A stretch of 64,000 nucleotides of DNA from an uncultured delta proteobacterium (GCA_963845515.1 CAWJSR010000003.1:64001-128000); one strand, 5' to 3'; numbered from the stretch's first letter, positions 20,497-31,584 are shown. The notes: generated by a model from the letters alone, not told the origin. A program made the numbers and translations.

Positions 20497-22618
20497 TCAG
20501 CTCACGCCGATGGCGCGTGAGCGGCGAGGTCGATGAGCTTGATGCACGGGAACGGCAGCACGACGCCGCCGAGGCCGTAGACGAGCAGGTTGCGCCGCAG
20601 CAGCAGCGCCGCGCCGGCGCCGGCCGGTAGCGCGACGCCGCGCAGCGCCAGCGGGATGAGCGCGATGATGATGAGCGCGTTGAAGATGACGGCCGAGAGG
20701 ATCGCGCGTCGTCGGGCGAGTGCAGGCCGCATCACGTTGAGCGCGCCGAGCGCCGGGTAGGTCGCCGCGAAGGCCGCCGGGATGATGGCGAAGTACTTGG
20801 CGACGTCGTTGGCGATGCTGAACGTCGTCAGCGCGCCGCGCGTCATCAGCATCTGCTTGCCGATCTCGACGATCGTCGAGCAGCTTGGTCGGGTTGGAGT
20901 CGAGGTCGACCATGTTGCCGGCCTCCTTGGCGGCCTGCGTGCCGGTGTTCATGGCCACCGCGACGTCGGCCTGCGCGAGCGCCGGCGCGTCGTTGGTGCC
21001 GTCGCCCGGTCATCGCGACGAGGTGCCCCTTCGCCTGGTAGTCGCGGATCAGCGCGAGCTTCGCCTCGGGCGTCGCCTCGGCGAGGAAGTCGTCGACGCC
21101 GGCCTCGGCGGCGATCGCCGCGGCGGTGAGCGGGTTGTCGCCCGGTGATCATCACGGTCTGGATCCCCATGCGGCGCAGCTCGCGCGAAGCGCTCCCGGA
21201 TGCCGCCCTTGACGATGTCCTTGAGCTGCACGACGCCGAGCACCCGCGCCGCCATCGGCGACGACGAGCGGCGTCGCCCCCTGCTTGCGCGACCTCGCTC
21301 GACGGTCGGCGCGCACCTCGGCCGGGACAGCCGCCGCCCTGCTCCTCGACGAAGCGCGCGATGGCGTCGGCGGCGCCCTTGCGGATCTGCGCGCCCGTCG
21401 AGGTCCACGCCGCTCATCCGCGTCTGCGCGGTGAACGGGACGAACGTCGCGCCCCGAGCGCCTGCACGTCGCGCCCGCGGAGGCCGAACTTCTCCTTGGC
21501 GAGCACCACGATGCTGCGCCCCTCGGGCGTCTCGTCGGCGAGCGAGGCGAGCTGCGCCGCGTCGGCGAGCTCGCGCTCGGCGCACGCCGGGCGCCGGCAG
21601 GAACGCGCGTCGCCTGCCGGTTGCCGAGCGTGATGGTGCCGGTCTTGTCGAGGAGCAGCACGTCGACGTCGCCGGCGGCCTCGACGGCGCGGCCCGAGGT
21701 GGCGATGACGTTGGCCTGGATCATCCGGTCCATGCCGGCGATGCCGATGGCGGAGAGCAGCCCGCCGATGGTGGTGGGGATGAGGCAGACGAGGAGCGCC
21801 ACGAGCACGGTGAGCGTCACCGGCGCGCCCTGCCCGGCCGCTCGCACGGCGTAGAGCGAGAACGGCAGCAGCGTGACCGTCGCGAGCAGGAAGACGATCG
21901 TGAGCGCCGCGAGCAGGATGTCGAGCGCGATCTCGTTCGGCGTCTTCTGGCGCTTCGCGCCCTCGACCATCGCGATCATCCGGTCGAGGAAGGTCTCGCC
22001 GGGGTTGGCGCGTGACGCGCACGACGAGCCAGTCGGAGAGCACGCGCGTGCCGCCGGTGACGGCGCTGCGATCGCCGCCGCTCTCGCGGATGACCGGCGC
22101 GCTCTCGCCGGTGATGGCGCTCTCGTCGACGGAGGCGACGCCCTCGATGACCTCGCCGTCGCCGGGGATCGAGTCGCCGGCCTCGACGAGCACGACGTCG
22201 CCCTTGCGCAGCGTCGGCGACGGCGACCGTCCTCGACGACGTCGCGTCGCGGCCGCGGCCTCGCGCGAGCCGCTTGGCCACGACGTCCCGGCGCGCCTTG
22301 CGCAGCGCGTCGGCCTGCGCCTTGCCGCGCCCCTCGGCCATCGCCTCGGCGAAGTTGGCGAAGAGCACGGTGAACCAGAGCCAGAGCGAGACGGCGAGGA
22401 TGAACCCGGGCGGCGCCTCGCCCGTGCCGGTGACGAGCGCGTGGACGAAGAGCAGCGTCGTGAAGACGCTGCCGACCTCGACCACGAACATGACCGGGTT
22501 CCGGACCATGCGGCGCGGGTCGAGCTTCGCGAAGCGCGTCGACGATCGCGCGCGCCGGACGATCGGCCGGCCTCGAAGAGCGGACGCGGCTGTGGGCGCG
22601 TTGTGTCGACATGGTCAT
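20497..22618 (-). pseudogene. kdpB: K+-transporting ATPase B chain (many frameshifts)
   Basis: [77 protein letters not shown]. Confidence 0.92.
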
Positions 22619-22626
22619 GCGTCTCC

Positions 22627-24388
22627 TCAGCGCGCGACGAGCATGCAGGTGCTCGACGATCGGGCCCGAGCGCGAGCGCCGGGAATGAAGGTGAGCGCGC
22701 CGACGAGGACGACGGTGCCGACGAGCAGCGCCGACGAAGAGCGGCGTGTGGGTCGGCAGCGTGCCGGCGCTCGGCGGGACGATCTTCTTCGCGCGAGCGA
22801 GCCGGCGATCGCGAGCACCGGGCACGATCACCCAGAAGCGGCCGACGAGCATGCAGATGCCGATGCGCCGTGGCGTAGAAGGGCCCGCTCGCGGTGAGGC
22901 CGCCGAAGGCGCGAGCCGTTGTTGTTCGCGCCGGAGGAGAAGGCGTAGAGGATCTCGCTGAAGCCGTGGGCGCCGGGGTTGCCGAGCGTCGCGGTGCCCG
23001 GCGGCAGGTCACGCACGCGATCGCCGTGCCGATCAGGACCGCGGCGGCCGGGATGCAGGATGACGAGCGACGCCATCTTCATCTCGTAGGCCTCGATCTT
23101 CTTGCCGAGGTACTCGGGCGTGCGTCCCACCATGAGCCCGGCGATGAAGACCGCGATGATGGCGAACATCGAGCATGCCGTAGAGGCCCGAGCCGACGCC
23201 GCCGAAGACGACCTCGCCGAGCTGGATCAGCCACATCGGGACGAGGCCGCCGAGCGGCGTGAAGCTGTCGTGCATCGCGTTCACCGAGCCGTTCGACGCC
23301 GCGGTGGTCGCCGACCGCCCAGAGGCGCTGTCGACGATGCCGAAGCGGACCTCCTTGCCCTCCATGTTGCCGCCCGGCCTGCAGCGCGCTCGCGACCTGG
23401 TCGACGCCGAGCGGCGTCGAGCGCCGGATTGCCGCGCCTGCTCGGCCGCGACGTCAGCCAGGAGCAGCGGGACGAAGATGACCAGCATCGCCGCGAAGCA
23501 GCGCCCAGCCCTGGCGCCGGTCCTTCACCATCGCGCCGAACGTGAAGCAGAGCGCGGCGGGGATGAGCAGGATCGCGAGCATCTCGAGGAAGTTGGAGAG
23601 CGGCGTCGGGTTCTCGAAGGGATGGGCCGAGTTGACGTTGAAGAAGCCGCCGCCGTTGGTGCCGAGCTGCTTGATCGCGATCTGCGAGGCGGCCGGCCCG
23701 AGCGCGAGCGACCTGGTCGGCGACCGTGCTGCCGTCGGCGCCGGCGTCGCAGCGAGCAGTGCGCGACGGCGTACGGCCGCGAAGCGTCTGCACGACGCCC
23801 TGCGAGACGAGGACGAGCGCGAGGACGAGCGAGAGCGGCAGCAGGACGTAGAGCGTGCTGCGCGTCAGGTCGACCCAGAAGTTGCCGATCGTCCCGTGCC
23901 TGCGCCGCGCGAAGCCGCGGATCAGCGCGACGAGCACCGCCATCCCGGTCGCGGCCGACACGAAGTTCTGCACGGTCGAGCGCGAGCATCTGCGTGAGGT
24001 AGCTCATCGTCGACTCGCCCGCGTAGGCCTGCCAGTTGGTGTTGGTGGCGAAGCTCACCGCGGTGTTGAACGAGACCTCCGGCGCGACCGCGGGGAGACC
24101 GGCGGGGTTGAGCGGAAGATGGCCCTGCAGTCGCATCACCCCGTAGACGACCAGCGCTCCGGCGAGGTTGAAGAGGAGCACCGCCGCCGCGTAGCGCTTC
24201 CAGGGCATGTCCTCTTCTGGGCGGACGCCGGCGAGGCGGTAGAGGGCCCGCTCGACCGGACCGAGCAGCCCCTGCGCCAGGCGGGCCTCGCCGGAGTAGA
24301 CGCTCGCCATGTACGAGCCGAGCGGCACGCCGAGCGCGATGAGCGCGCCGAGGTAGAGCCCGATTCGAAGCAGCGCGTCGGACGTCAT
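22627..24388 (-). pseudogene. kdpA: K+-transporting ATPase A chain (5' part intact, then many frameshifts)
   Basis: [66 protein letters not shown]. Confidence 0.92.
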
Positions 24389-24477
24389 GACAGCTTCTCC
24401 GGAAAGAGGAGGGCGAAGACGAGGTAGCCGAGGAGCAGCGCGGCCAGTACGCCGCCGAGGGCGAGGAGCACGGTCAT
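24385..24477 (-). CDS. kdpF: K+-transporting ATPase F subunit (30 aa)
   Basis: MTVLLALGGVLAALLLGYLVFALLFPEKLS*; overlaps the kdpA start. Confidence 0.88.
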   Translation of the reverse strand: MTVLLALGGVLAALLLGYLVFALLFPEKLS

Positions 24478-24481
24478 GGCG

Positions 24482-24562
24482 TCACACCCGCTCGCAGAGC
24501 CGGACGAGCCCCCAGGTCAGGAGGAAGAAGCCGACGATCAGGGCCAGATAGACGACGTCCAT
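24482..24562 (-). CDS. Small hydrophobic peptide upstream of kdpF (26 aa)
   Basis: MDVVYLALIVGFFLLTWGLVRLCERV*; RBS GGAG; stop 4 nt before kdpF. Confidence 0.7.
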   Translation of the reverse strand: MDVVYLALIVGFFLLTWGLVRLCERV

Positions 24563-24629
24563 CACGGTGCTCCGGTTCGAGGCGGCAGGAAGTCCGCTCG
24601 TCCCATCTACGCCGCCCAGCGTCCGAGCG

Positions 24630-24668
24630 GCGTCAAGTCCGACGGGCCGTGCGTCAACGAGGAATCAA
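24630..24668 (-). promoter_or_regulatory. Putative KdpE/OmpR-type direct-repeat binding site
   Basis: Minus-strand TTGAT, TTGAC, TTGAC spaced 11 and 21 bp upstream of the kdp operon. Confidence 0.45.
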
Positions 24669-24781
24669 GGCGGAGCCAGCGACGCCCAATCGGGTGGCCT
24701 CGATGGGGCCCTGGGTCCGCGGCGTGGCGTCGCCCGCCTCCGTCCCCCTAAGCTCCAGGTGACCCTGGCCGGAGGCCCACC

Positions 24782-24942
24782 GTGGAATCGATCGAAGGAC
24801 GCGTCGCGCTCGTCACCGGCGGTGGGCGGGGGATCGGGCGCTCCATCGCGCTGGCGCTCGCGCGGGCCGGGGCGCACGTCGCGGTCGCCGCGAGGACCAT
24901 CCCGGAGATCGAGCAGGTGGCCGCGGAGGTCGCGGCCCTCGG
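24782..24942 (+). repeat. Truncated duplicate of the SDR 5' end (161 bp; second copy 24996-25156)
   Basis: Hand alignment shows 6 mismatches; each copy has its own GGAGG and GTG. Confidence 0.9.
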
Positions 24943-24995
24943 CTGCGTTACGTCTGGAGGGGCCGCCCGGCGGGCGCGCCCATCGGAGGAATGCC

Positions 24996-25773
24996 GTGGA
25001 ATCGATCGAAGGACGCGTCGCGCTCGTCACCGGCGGTGGGCGGGGGATCGGGCGCGCCATCGCGCTGGCGCTCGCGCGCGCAGGGGCGCACGTCGCGGTC
25101 GCCGCCCGGACCATCCCGGAGATCGAGGAGGTGGCCGCGGAGGTCGCGGCCCTCGGGCGCAAGGCGACCTTCCTTCCGCTCGACATGGGGGACCGCGTCG
25201 GCCTTCGACCGCGTGGCCGACGGAGGTCGCCGTCGGCGCTCGGGCCGATCGGGATCCTGGTGAACAACGCCGGCCTCGGCGTGCACGTCGGCGGTGCACA
25301 ACCTGGACGACGCGGACTGGGACGCCATCCTGGCGGTCAACCTGACCGGCCCCGTCCTGCTCACCCGCGCCTGCCTCCCGCAGCTCTACGGCCAGGGGTG
25401 GGGGCGGGTCATCAACATCGCCTCGGTGGCGGGAAGGATCGGGCTCAGGTACGGCGCGGCCTACTCGGCCTCGAAGCACGGCCTCATCGGCTTCACCAGG
25501 TCGCTCGCGCTGGAGGCTGCGAAGAAGGGGGTCACCGTCAACGCGATCTGCCCGGGCTGGACCGAGACCCAGATGATGCGCGAGTCGGTCGAGGCCATCG
25601 CCCTCCACACGCAGCGCACCGAGGAGGAGGCGCGCACGGCCATCCTCCGGTCAACGCCGCTCGGGCGGCCGGCCCAGCCCGACGAGGTGGCGGACGTTGC
25701 GGTCTGGCTCGCCGGGAGCCCGATGGTGACTGGTCAGTCGGTGAACGTGGACGGCGGCGAGGTCATGTCCTAG
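24996..25773 (+). CDS. Short-chain dehydrogenase/reductase (frameshifts about 25200-25295)
   Basis: TGGGRGIG, ILVNNAG, INIASVAG, YSASK, VNAICPGW. Confidence 0.88.
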
Positions 25774-25844
25774 GTGGCATCGATTCCCTCTCCCTCCGCG
25801 TCTTCAGGGGGCGCAGAGGCGCTCCACCGATTAGAATCGTCGGG

Positions 25845-26528
25845 ATGCCTTCCGCCACCGCGTCCACATGGGCCTTCTTCGCGGCCGGGCTCGCGGGCGG
25901 CGCAGGGCACTGCGTCGCCATGTGCGGCCCGATCGTCGGGGCGCTCGGGCTCGCCGCGCCGCCGGGGCAGGGGACGCTCGTGGCCGCCGCGCGCACGCTG
26001 CCGTACCACCTCGGGCGCGTGACCACCTACGCCCTCCTCGGCGCGGTGATGGGGCTCACCGGCTCCTTCGTCAACGTCGCCGGCCGGCTCGCCGGGTTCT
26101 CCGACGCGGTCGCGGTCGCCGCCGGTGCGCTGATGATCCTCTTCGGCCTCGGCGCGACCGGCGTCGCCGGTGCGCTGGAGCGCTTCACCTCCCACGCCTC
26201 GACGCGGCTCACGACGCTGGCGCGCTCGCTGCTCGCGGGTGGGACGGGCGGGCTCCTCCCGCTCGGGCTCGTGCTCGGCTTCCTCCCGTGCGGGCTGTCG
26301 TGGACCGCCTTCCTGGGCGCTGCGGCGACCGGCGGCCCGGTGCCCGGGTTCCTCGCGGCGCTCTCCTTCGGGCTCGGGACGGTGCCCGGGCTCCTCGCGG
26401 CGGGGCTGCTCGCGGCAGCGTTCGGGCAGCGCGCGCGGGGGATCCTCCGCCGGCTCGGCGGGCTGCTCGTCGCGCTGCTCGGGCTCCTCTTCCTGCTCCG
26501 GGGGCTGGGGGTCAATGTCCCAGCCTGA
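25845..26528 (+). CDS. DsbD_2/TauE-SafE-like membrane protein associated with cbb3 assembly
   Basis: GHCVAMCGP, YHLGRVTTY, GFLPCGL, FGLGTVP; directly upstream of ccoI. Confidence 0.88.
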   Translation: MPSATASTWAFFAAGLAGGAGHCVAMCGPIVGALGLAAPPGQGTLVAAARTLPYHLGRVTTYALLGAVMGLTGSFVNVAGRLAGFSDAVAVAAGALMILFGLGATGVAGALERFTSHASTRLTTLARSLLAGGTGGLLPLGLVLGFLPCGLSWTAFLGAAATGGPVPGFLAALSFGLGTVPGLLAAGLLAAAFGQRARGILRRLGGLLVALLGLLFLLRGLGVNVPA

Positions 26529-29002
26529 CCCGGAGGTCCCGCGGTGCGCCCACTGCCTCGCCGAGGTGAGGGGCGCTCCGGTGCGCGACGCCAGCGGCGG
26601 CGTCGAGCGGAGCTTCTGCTGCGCCGGCTGCCGCGGCGTCTTCGCGCTGCTCCGCGACGAGGGGCTCGACGGGCGCTACTACTCGGAGCGGCGCTGGAGC
26701 GAGCGCGGCCCGACGCCGGGGATCCTCCGGGCCGCCGGCCCCGCTCCGCTGGACGACCTGACGGCGTACGAGGTGCTGGACGCGGCCGGGGGCACCGAGT
26801 CCGAGCTGGAGCTGTCGATCGACGGGATCCGCTGCGCGTCCTGCGTCTGGCTCAACGAGCGGCTGCTGCAGCGGACGCCGGGCGTCGTGGCGGCGCGCGT
26901 CAACTACGCCACGCACCGGGCCAGGGTCCGCTTCGATCCCCGGTCCGTGGATCTCCCGCACCTCCTCGCGCGCGTCCGCGCGGCCGGCTACGAGCCGCGG
27001 CCGTGGCGCGAGTCCGAGCAGGCGCGCGAGCGCGACGCCGAGGTGAAGGACCTCCTCGTCCGCGTCGGGACCGCCTGGTTCCTGGCGTCGCAGCTCATGA
27101 TCTACTCGGCGGCGCTCTACGCCGGCTACTTCCAGGGGATCGACCGCGCCACGCGCTCGCTGCTGGAGTGGATCTCGATCGGGCTCGCCGCGCCGGTCCT
27201 CTTCTCGGCAGGGGCCCCCTTCTGGCGCTCCGCCGCGAAGGCGCTCCGGCACGGCCGGTTCAACATGGACTCGCTGGTCGTCATCGGCTCCGGGGCGGCG
27301 CTCGCCACCTCGGTCTGGCAGGCGCTCCGGGGCGGCGAGGTCTGGTCCGACACCGCCGCGATGATCCCGACGCTCGTCCTGACGGGGCGCTACGTCGAGG
27401 CGCGCGCGCGGCGGGCGGCGTCGGAGGCGGTGAGCCGGCTCGCGACGCTGGCGCCACGCGTCGCGCGGCTCGTCGCCGGTGAGCGACCGGAGGGAGGTGC
27501 CGGTCTCGGAGGTGAAGCAGGGCGATCGGCTGGAGGTGGTTCCCGGAGAGCGGATCCCGCTCGACGGGCGGGTGCTGGAGGGCGACTCCGAGGCGGACGA
27601 GTCGCTCGTGACGGGCGAGTCCCGCCCCGTGGCCAAGCGGGCCGGCGCGGCGGTGATCGGCGGCTCGGTCAACTTGAACGGCAGCCTGATCGTCGAGGTG
27701 ACCCGCGTCGGCAAGGAGACGATCCTCGCCGGGATCATCCGGGCCGTGGAGGAGGCGCAGGGCGCGAAGCCGCGGATCCAGGCCGCCGCCGACGCGGTGG
27801 TAGGGATCTTCGTCCCGGCCGTCCTGCTGCTCGCCGCCGCGACGGTCGCGCTCCACGCCTGGATCGGCGCCGGCGTCGAGGCCGCGCTGCTGCACGGCAT
27901 CGCCGTGGTGGTCATCGCCTGCCCCTGCGCCCTGGGGCTGGCGACGCCGGTCGCCGTGCTGGTCGCGACCGGGCTCGCCACCTCGCGCGGCCTCCTCGTG
28001 AAGGGCGGCGACGTCCTCGAGGCGGCCGGCGAGGCGACGCACGTGCTGCTCGACAAGACCGGGACGGTGACCCGCGGTCGGCCCTCGCTCCGCGAGGTCG
28101 TGCCGCTCGCGGGCGGCGAGCGCGACGCGCTCCTCGCCCTCGCCGCGGCCGTGGAGCGCCGCTCGGAGCACCACGTCGGGCGCGCCCTGGTGGAGGCTGC
28201 CCTGGGGCTCCCGCCGGCGCCCGAGCCGAGGATCGAGCGGTTCAAGGCGATCCCTGGGCGCGGGATCGAGGCGACGGTGGACGGGCTCGGCGTCCTCGTC
28301 GGCAGCCGCGCCTTCCTCGTCGAACGGGGCGTCCCGCCGCCGCCCGAGGCGCTCGCCCGCGCCGCGCCGCTGGAGGCCGGCGGGTGCACGGTCTTCTTCC
28401 TGGCGGTCGGCGCGATGGCGGAGGCGCTCTTCGCGGTGGCCGACCCCCTCCGCGAGGAGGCGCAGGCGGCCGTCGCCTCCCTGCGCGCCATGGGGCTCGC
28501 GGTCGAGATCGTCTCGGGCGACGCGAGGGGTACGACGGCGGCGATCGCGGGGAGGCTCGGGGTCGAGTGGACGGCGGAGGTGACGCCGGCCGGGAAGCGC
28601 GGCCTCGTCCTGGCGAGGCAGGTGGCCGGGGCGAAGGTCGTCGCCGTCGGCGACGGGATCAACGACGCGCCGGCGCTGACGCAGGCCTCGGTGGGGGTGG
28701 CGATGGGGCGCGGCGCCGACGTGACGATGGAGAGCGCCGACGCGGTGCTCGTGAGGGACGACCTGCGGCTCCTCCCGGACCTGCTGCTCCTCGCGCGGCG
28801 CACGCGCGCGGTGATCCGCCAGAACGTCTTCTGGGCCTTCGCCTACAACGCGGCGGCGATCCCGCTCGCGGTGGCCGGCGTCCTCCACCCCATCGTCGGC
28901 GCGGGGGCGATGGCCTTCTCGTCCGTCTTCGTCGTGGGGAACTCGCTCCGGCTGCGCCGGGTCTTCACGCGCTCCGCGGATGGCGGGAGGATCGCCGCGT
29001 GA
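26515..29002 (+). CDS. ccoI: CcoI/FixI Cu-translocating P1B ATPase (frameshift near 27480)
   Basis: CAHC..FCCAGC, HMA CASC, TGES, CPCALGLATP, DKTGT, GDGINDAP, YN..IPLA. Confidence 0.92.
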
Positions 29003-29178
29003 GCCTCGGTGGCCTCATCATCCTGTCGCTGGCGCTCGGGGTCGGCGCCTGGCTCTTCTTCCTCTGGTCGGTGAAGAGCGGCCAGTACGAGGACCCCGAG
29101 GGGCCGAAGTACCGCATGCTCGACGAGGACGAGGAGCGGCCGGAGGCGGGCGACGGGAAGGGCCCCCCGCCACCGTGA
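28999..29178 (+). CDS. ccoS: cbb3 oxidase maturation protein CcoS/FixS
   Basis: GTGA overlap; FFLWSVKSGQYEDPEGPKYRML. Confidence 0.9.
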   Translation: MSLGGLIILSLALGVGAWLFFLWSVKSGQYEDPEGPKYRMLDEDEERPEAGDGKGPPPP

Positions 29179-29227
29179 TGCACGAGGCGCTTGCGCGGCG
29201 GGCCGAAGTCCTGCAACTTTCGGGACC

Positions 29228-29674
29228 GTGAGCAAGCTCAAGAACCCACATGTGAAGAAGCAGGTCAGCCTGGAGCGCGATCGTCGCAACCCTACGGGCG
29301 CGTACGACACCTCCTCGCACGAGAAGGTCTCCCTGAAGAAGGCGCGCATCAACCGCGCCCACCGCCACGAGGTGCACCAGACGCTGCACGTGGACGGGTC
29401 GCCCGTGGAGGAGCTCGATCTCGACGTGCTCGACACGAAGGTCGTGACGACCCAGCGCGAGCGCTTCAAGAAGCCGCCGGCGCTCCCGCTCGTCGAGTTC
29501 ATCGAGCGGCAGACGGGTGAGCGGCGCCAGCGCGTCGGCACCCACGCCCCCAAGGCGGCCGCCGCAAAGGCGCGCAAGGCGGTGAAGGACGCGAAGAAGG
29601 CGCCCGTCAGGAAGGCGCCCGCCAAGAAGGCGCCCGCGACCAAGAAGGTCGCGGCGAAGAAGCCTGCCAGGTAG
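29228..29674 (+). CDS. Basic hypothetical protein with a histone H1-like Lys/Ala/Pro tail
   Basis: GC3-rich codons; C-terminal KKAPVRKAPAKKAPATKKVAAKKPAR. Confidence 0.75.
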   Translation: MSKLKNPHVKKQVSLERDRRNPTGAYDTSSHEKVSLKKARINRAHRHEVHQTLHVDGSPVEELDLDVLDTKVVTTQRERFKKPPALPLVEFIERQTGERRQRVGTHAPKAAAAKARKAVKDAKKAPVRKAPAKKAPATKKVAAKKPAR

Positions 29675-29828
29675 TTCCCTCCCGGCCCTGGTGGCGCCGG
29701 CCTCTCCACGCGGGACGCTTCGGCGTCCCGCGCGCATTTCTGCGAGTACCCCAAGGGGACTTTCGGCGGCGCTGGCCTCGAATACTATCTGGGCAGCCAA
29801 GGCCCTCAGCGGCCTGAAAGGTGAGGTC

Positions 29829-30341
29829 ATGATGAAACGCATCGCTGTCGCACTGCTGTCGCTCTCGGTCGCCACGGTCGCCGTCGCCCAGTCGAGGACC
29901 GAGCAGGAGATCCGCCAGGGGGTCAAGGGCACCGGTCGGTATGGCACCGCCGGCTGCGGCCTCGGCTCGATGGCCTTCGGCGATCAGGCCGGAGCCCTCC
30001 AGATCGTCGCTGCGACCCTCAACGGCATCATGGGAAACCAGACCTTCGGGATCACCTTCGGCACCTCGAACTGCGGGCCGGGGCTCTTCGCCGAGGGGAC
30101 GCGCAACTTCGTGGAGGCGAACCGCGAGGTGCTCGCGAAGGACATGTCGCGCGGCGGCGGGGAGTCGATCGGGGCGCTGACCGTCATGCACGGCTGCGCG
30201 GACTCCCAGGCGGTGGGGGCGGCGCTCCAGGCGCGCTTCCCGACCATCTTCCCTTCCGAGGCGGTGACCGACGCCGAGGTAGCCGACGCCATCCTGGAGA
30301 CGCTCCGCGCCGACGCCTCGCTGGGGTGCCACCAAGGTTGA
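29829..30341 (+). CDS. DUF3015-family exported protein
   Basis: Signal peptide; GCGLGS..F, ATLNG..GNQTFGITFGTSNC, DMSRGGGE. Confidence 0.85.
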   Translation: MMKRIAVALLSLSVATVAVAQSRTEQEIRQGVKGTGRYGTAGCGLGSMAFGDQAGALQIVAATLNGIMGNQTFGITFGTSNCGPGLFAEGTRNFVEANREVLAKDMSRGGGESIGALTVMHGCADSQAVGAALQARFPTIFPSEAVTDAEVADAILETLRADASLGCHQG

Positions 30342-30405
30342 GGCGTACCCCTCCGCGACCTCCAGCCCCGGAGGTCGCGGAGTTGAACGCTCCTGCACTC
30401 GGCCG

Positions 30406-30654
30406 CTAATGGCCGCCGGCCATCGTGTGGCTGAAGGTATCCTTCGCCGCCGTGCCGGCCTCCTTCGCGGCGATCCCGAGCCGCGCGACCTTGTCCTTCT
30501 GCCGCTCGACGACGTTGCCGATCAGCTTGCGGGTTTCCCTGCCGGATCGCGGGGCAAGCAGCAGCGCGGCGACGCTGCCCGCGACTGCGCCGCCCACTGC
30601 GGCTGCGACGACTCCTAGCGGACCGAACCCGGTCCTGGTCTCTGCCTCGGTCAT
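30406..30654 (-). CDS. YtxH-domain protein
   Basis: GGAVAGSVAALLLAPRSGRETRK; RBS AGGAG. Confidence 0.88.
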   Translation of the reverse strand: MTEAETRTGFGPLGVVAAAVGGAVAGSVAALLLAPRSGRETRKLIGNVVERQKDKVARLGIAAKEAGTAAKDTFSHTMAGGH

Positions 30655-30846
30655 GACGACTCCTCCTGCTGGTGGGTGAACCTCTCCGGCTCAGCGGGGG
30701 CATCCATAGCGAGGGCATCCTCGGAGCGCCGCACGCGGATGGGTCGCGAGGGCGCTTTGTCGGCCTGGCCGTGGCTCCCGGCTGCCGGCGGCGAGGCCGG
30801 GCAGGGGCGCAGGCGGCACCGGCCGCCGGTGTGGTACGGAGGAGCA

Positions 30847-31548
30847 GTGGGATCCAGCGAGCTGCAGCGCGCCATAGAGGGGGCGGAGCCGGGAGTCGTC
30901 ATCTTCGGGGACGACTACACCGTCCACCAGGTGAGCGGCAGCGTGATGCTGCTCTTCGGCATCGAGGCCGATCGCCTGTTCAGGGGCGGGCTGCTCGATC
31001 TCCACGCAGAAGGGGGCTCGAAGCGCATCCAGGCGACCCTGCGGCTGGCGCGGGAGTCGCAGCGGCAGGTCCCGGTCTCGCTCAAGCTCGTCACCACCGC
31101 GGGCGAAGATCGGTTCCTCCTGGTGAAGCTCGTGCCGCTCCTCGGCCGGGGCGGGGCCACCGGGATGATGTGCGCCCTCTTCTACGACATCACCGCCCTG
31201 GTGACCTCCGACCGCAAGCTGGTCCGCATTCCCGTCTCCCTTCGCGACGAGATCCAGCTCCTCGGCCCGGAGGAGATCGTCTTCGTGCAGGCCGACAACA
31301 TCTACTCGCGTGTCACGACCCCATCGGCCGAGTTCCACTGCGACCTCTCGCTCAGCGCGCTGGGGAAGCGGCTCCCGTCAGCGCAGTTCTGCCGCATCCA
31401 TCGCAGCTACCTCGTCAACGTCGCGCACGTGCGGAAGGTCCACCGCGGCCGCTCGGAGTGCACGGTCTCGCTCGCGGGGTTCGAGGCGAGCCTCCCCATC
31501 AGCCGTGAGCGGATGGACGAGTTTCTCGCCGCCGTTGGGCTGAAGTAG
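30847..31548 (+). CDS. rcoM: RcoM-like transcriptional regulator (PAS + LytTR)
   Basis: GTG after GGAGGAG; PAS features (PGVVIF, LLDLH, DRFLLVK, LFYDIT); LytTR (FCRIHRSYLVN, LPISR); directly upstream of cooS. Confidence 0.8.
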   Translation: MGSSELQRAIEGAEPGVVIFGDDYTVHQVSGSVMLLFGIEADRLFRGGLLDLHAEGGSKRIQATLRLARESQRQVPVSLKLVTTAGEDRFLLVKLVPLLGRGGATGMMCALFYDITALVTSDRKLVRIPVSLRDEIQLLGPEEIVFVQADNIYSRVTTPSAEFHCDLSLSALGKRLPSAQFCRIHRSYLVNVAHVRKVHRGRSECTVSLAGFEASLPISRERMDEFLAAVGLK

Positions 31549-31584
31549 CCGAGGTCGGGGCGGGGCGGCGCCCACCCGCCGCCG

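Noticed and set aside
24567..26528. Apparent SDR-DsbD_2 fusion
   Set aside because: Read-through of a frameshifted SDR in stop-poor, GC-rich DNA.
26170..29178. Apparent 1002-aa CcoI-CcoS fusion
   Set aside because: Frameshift near 27480; the ATPase continues in the 27479-29002 frame and ccoS has its own start.
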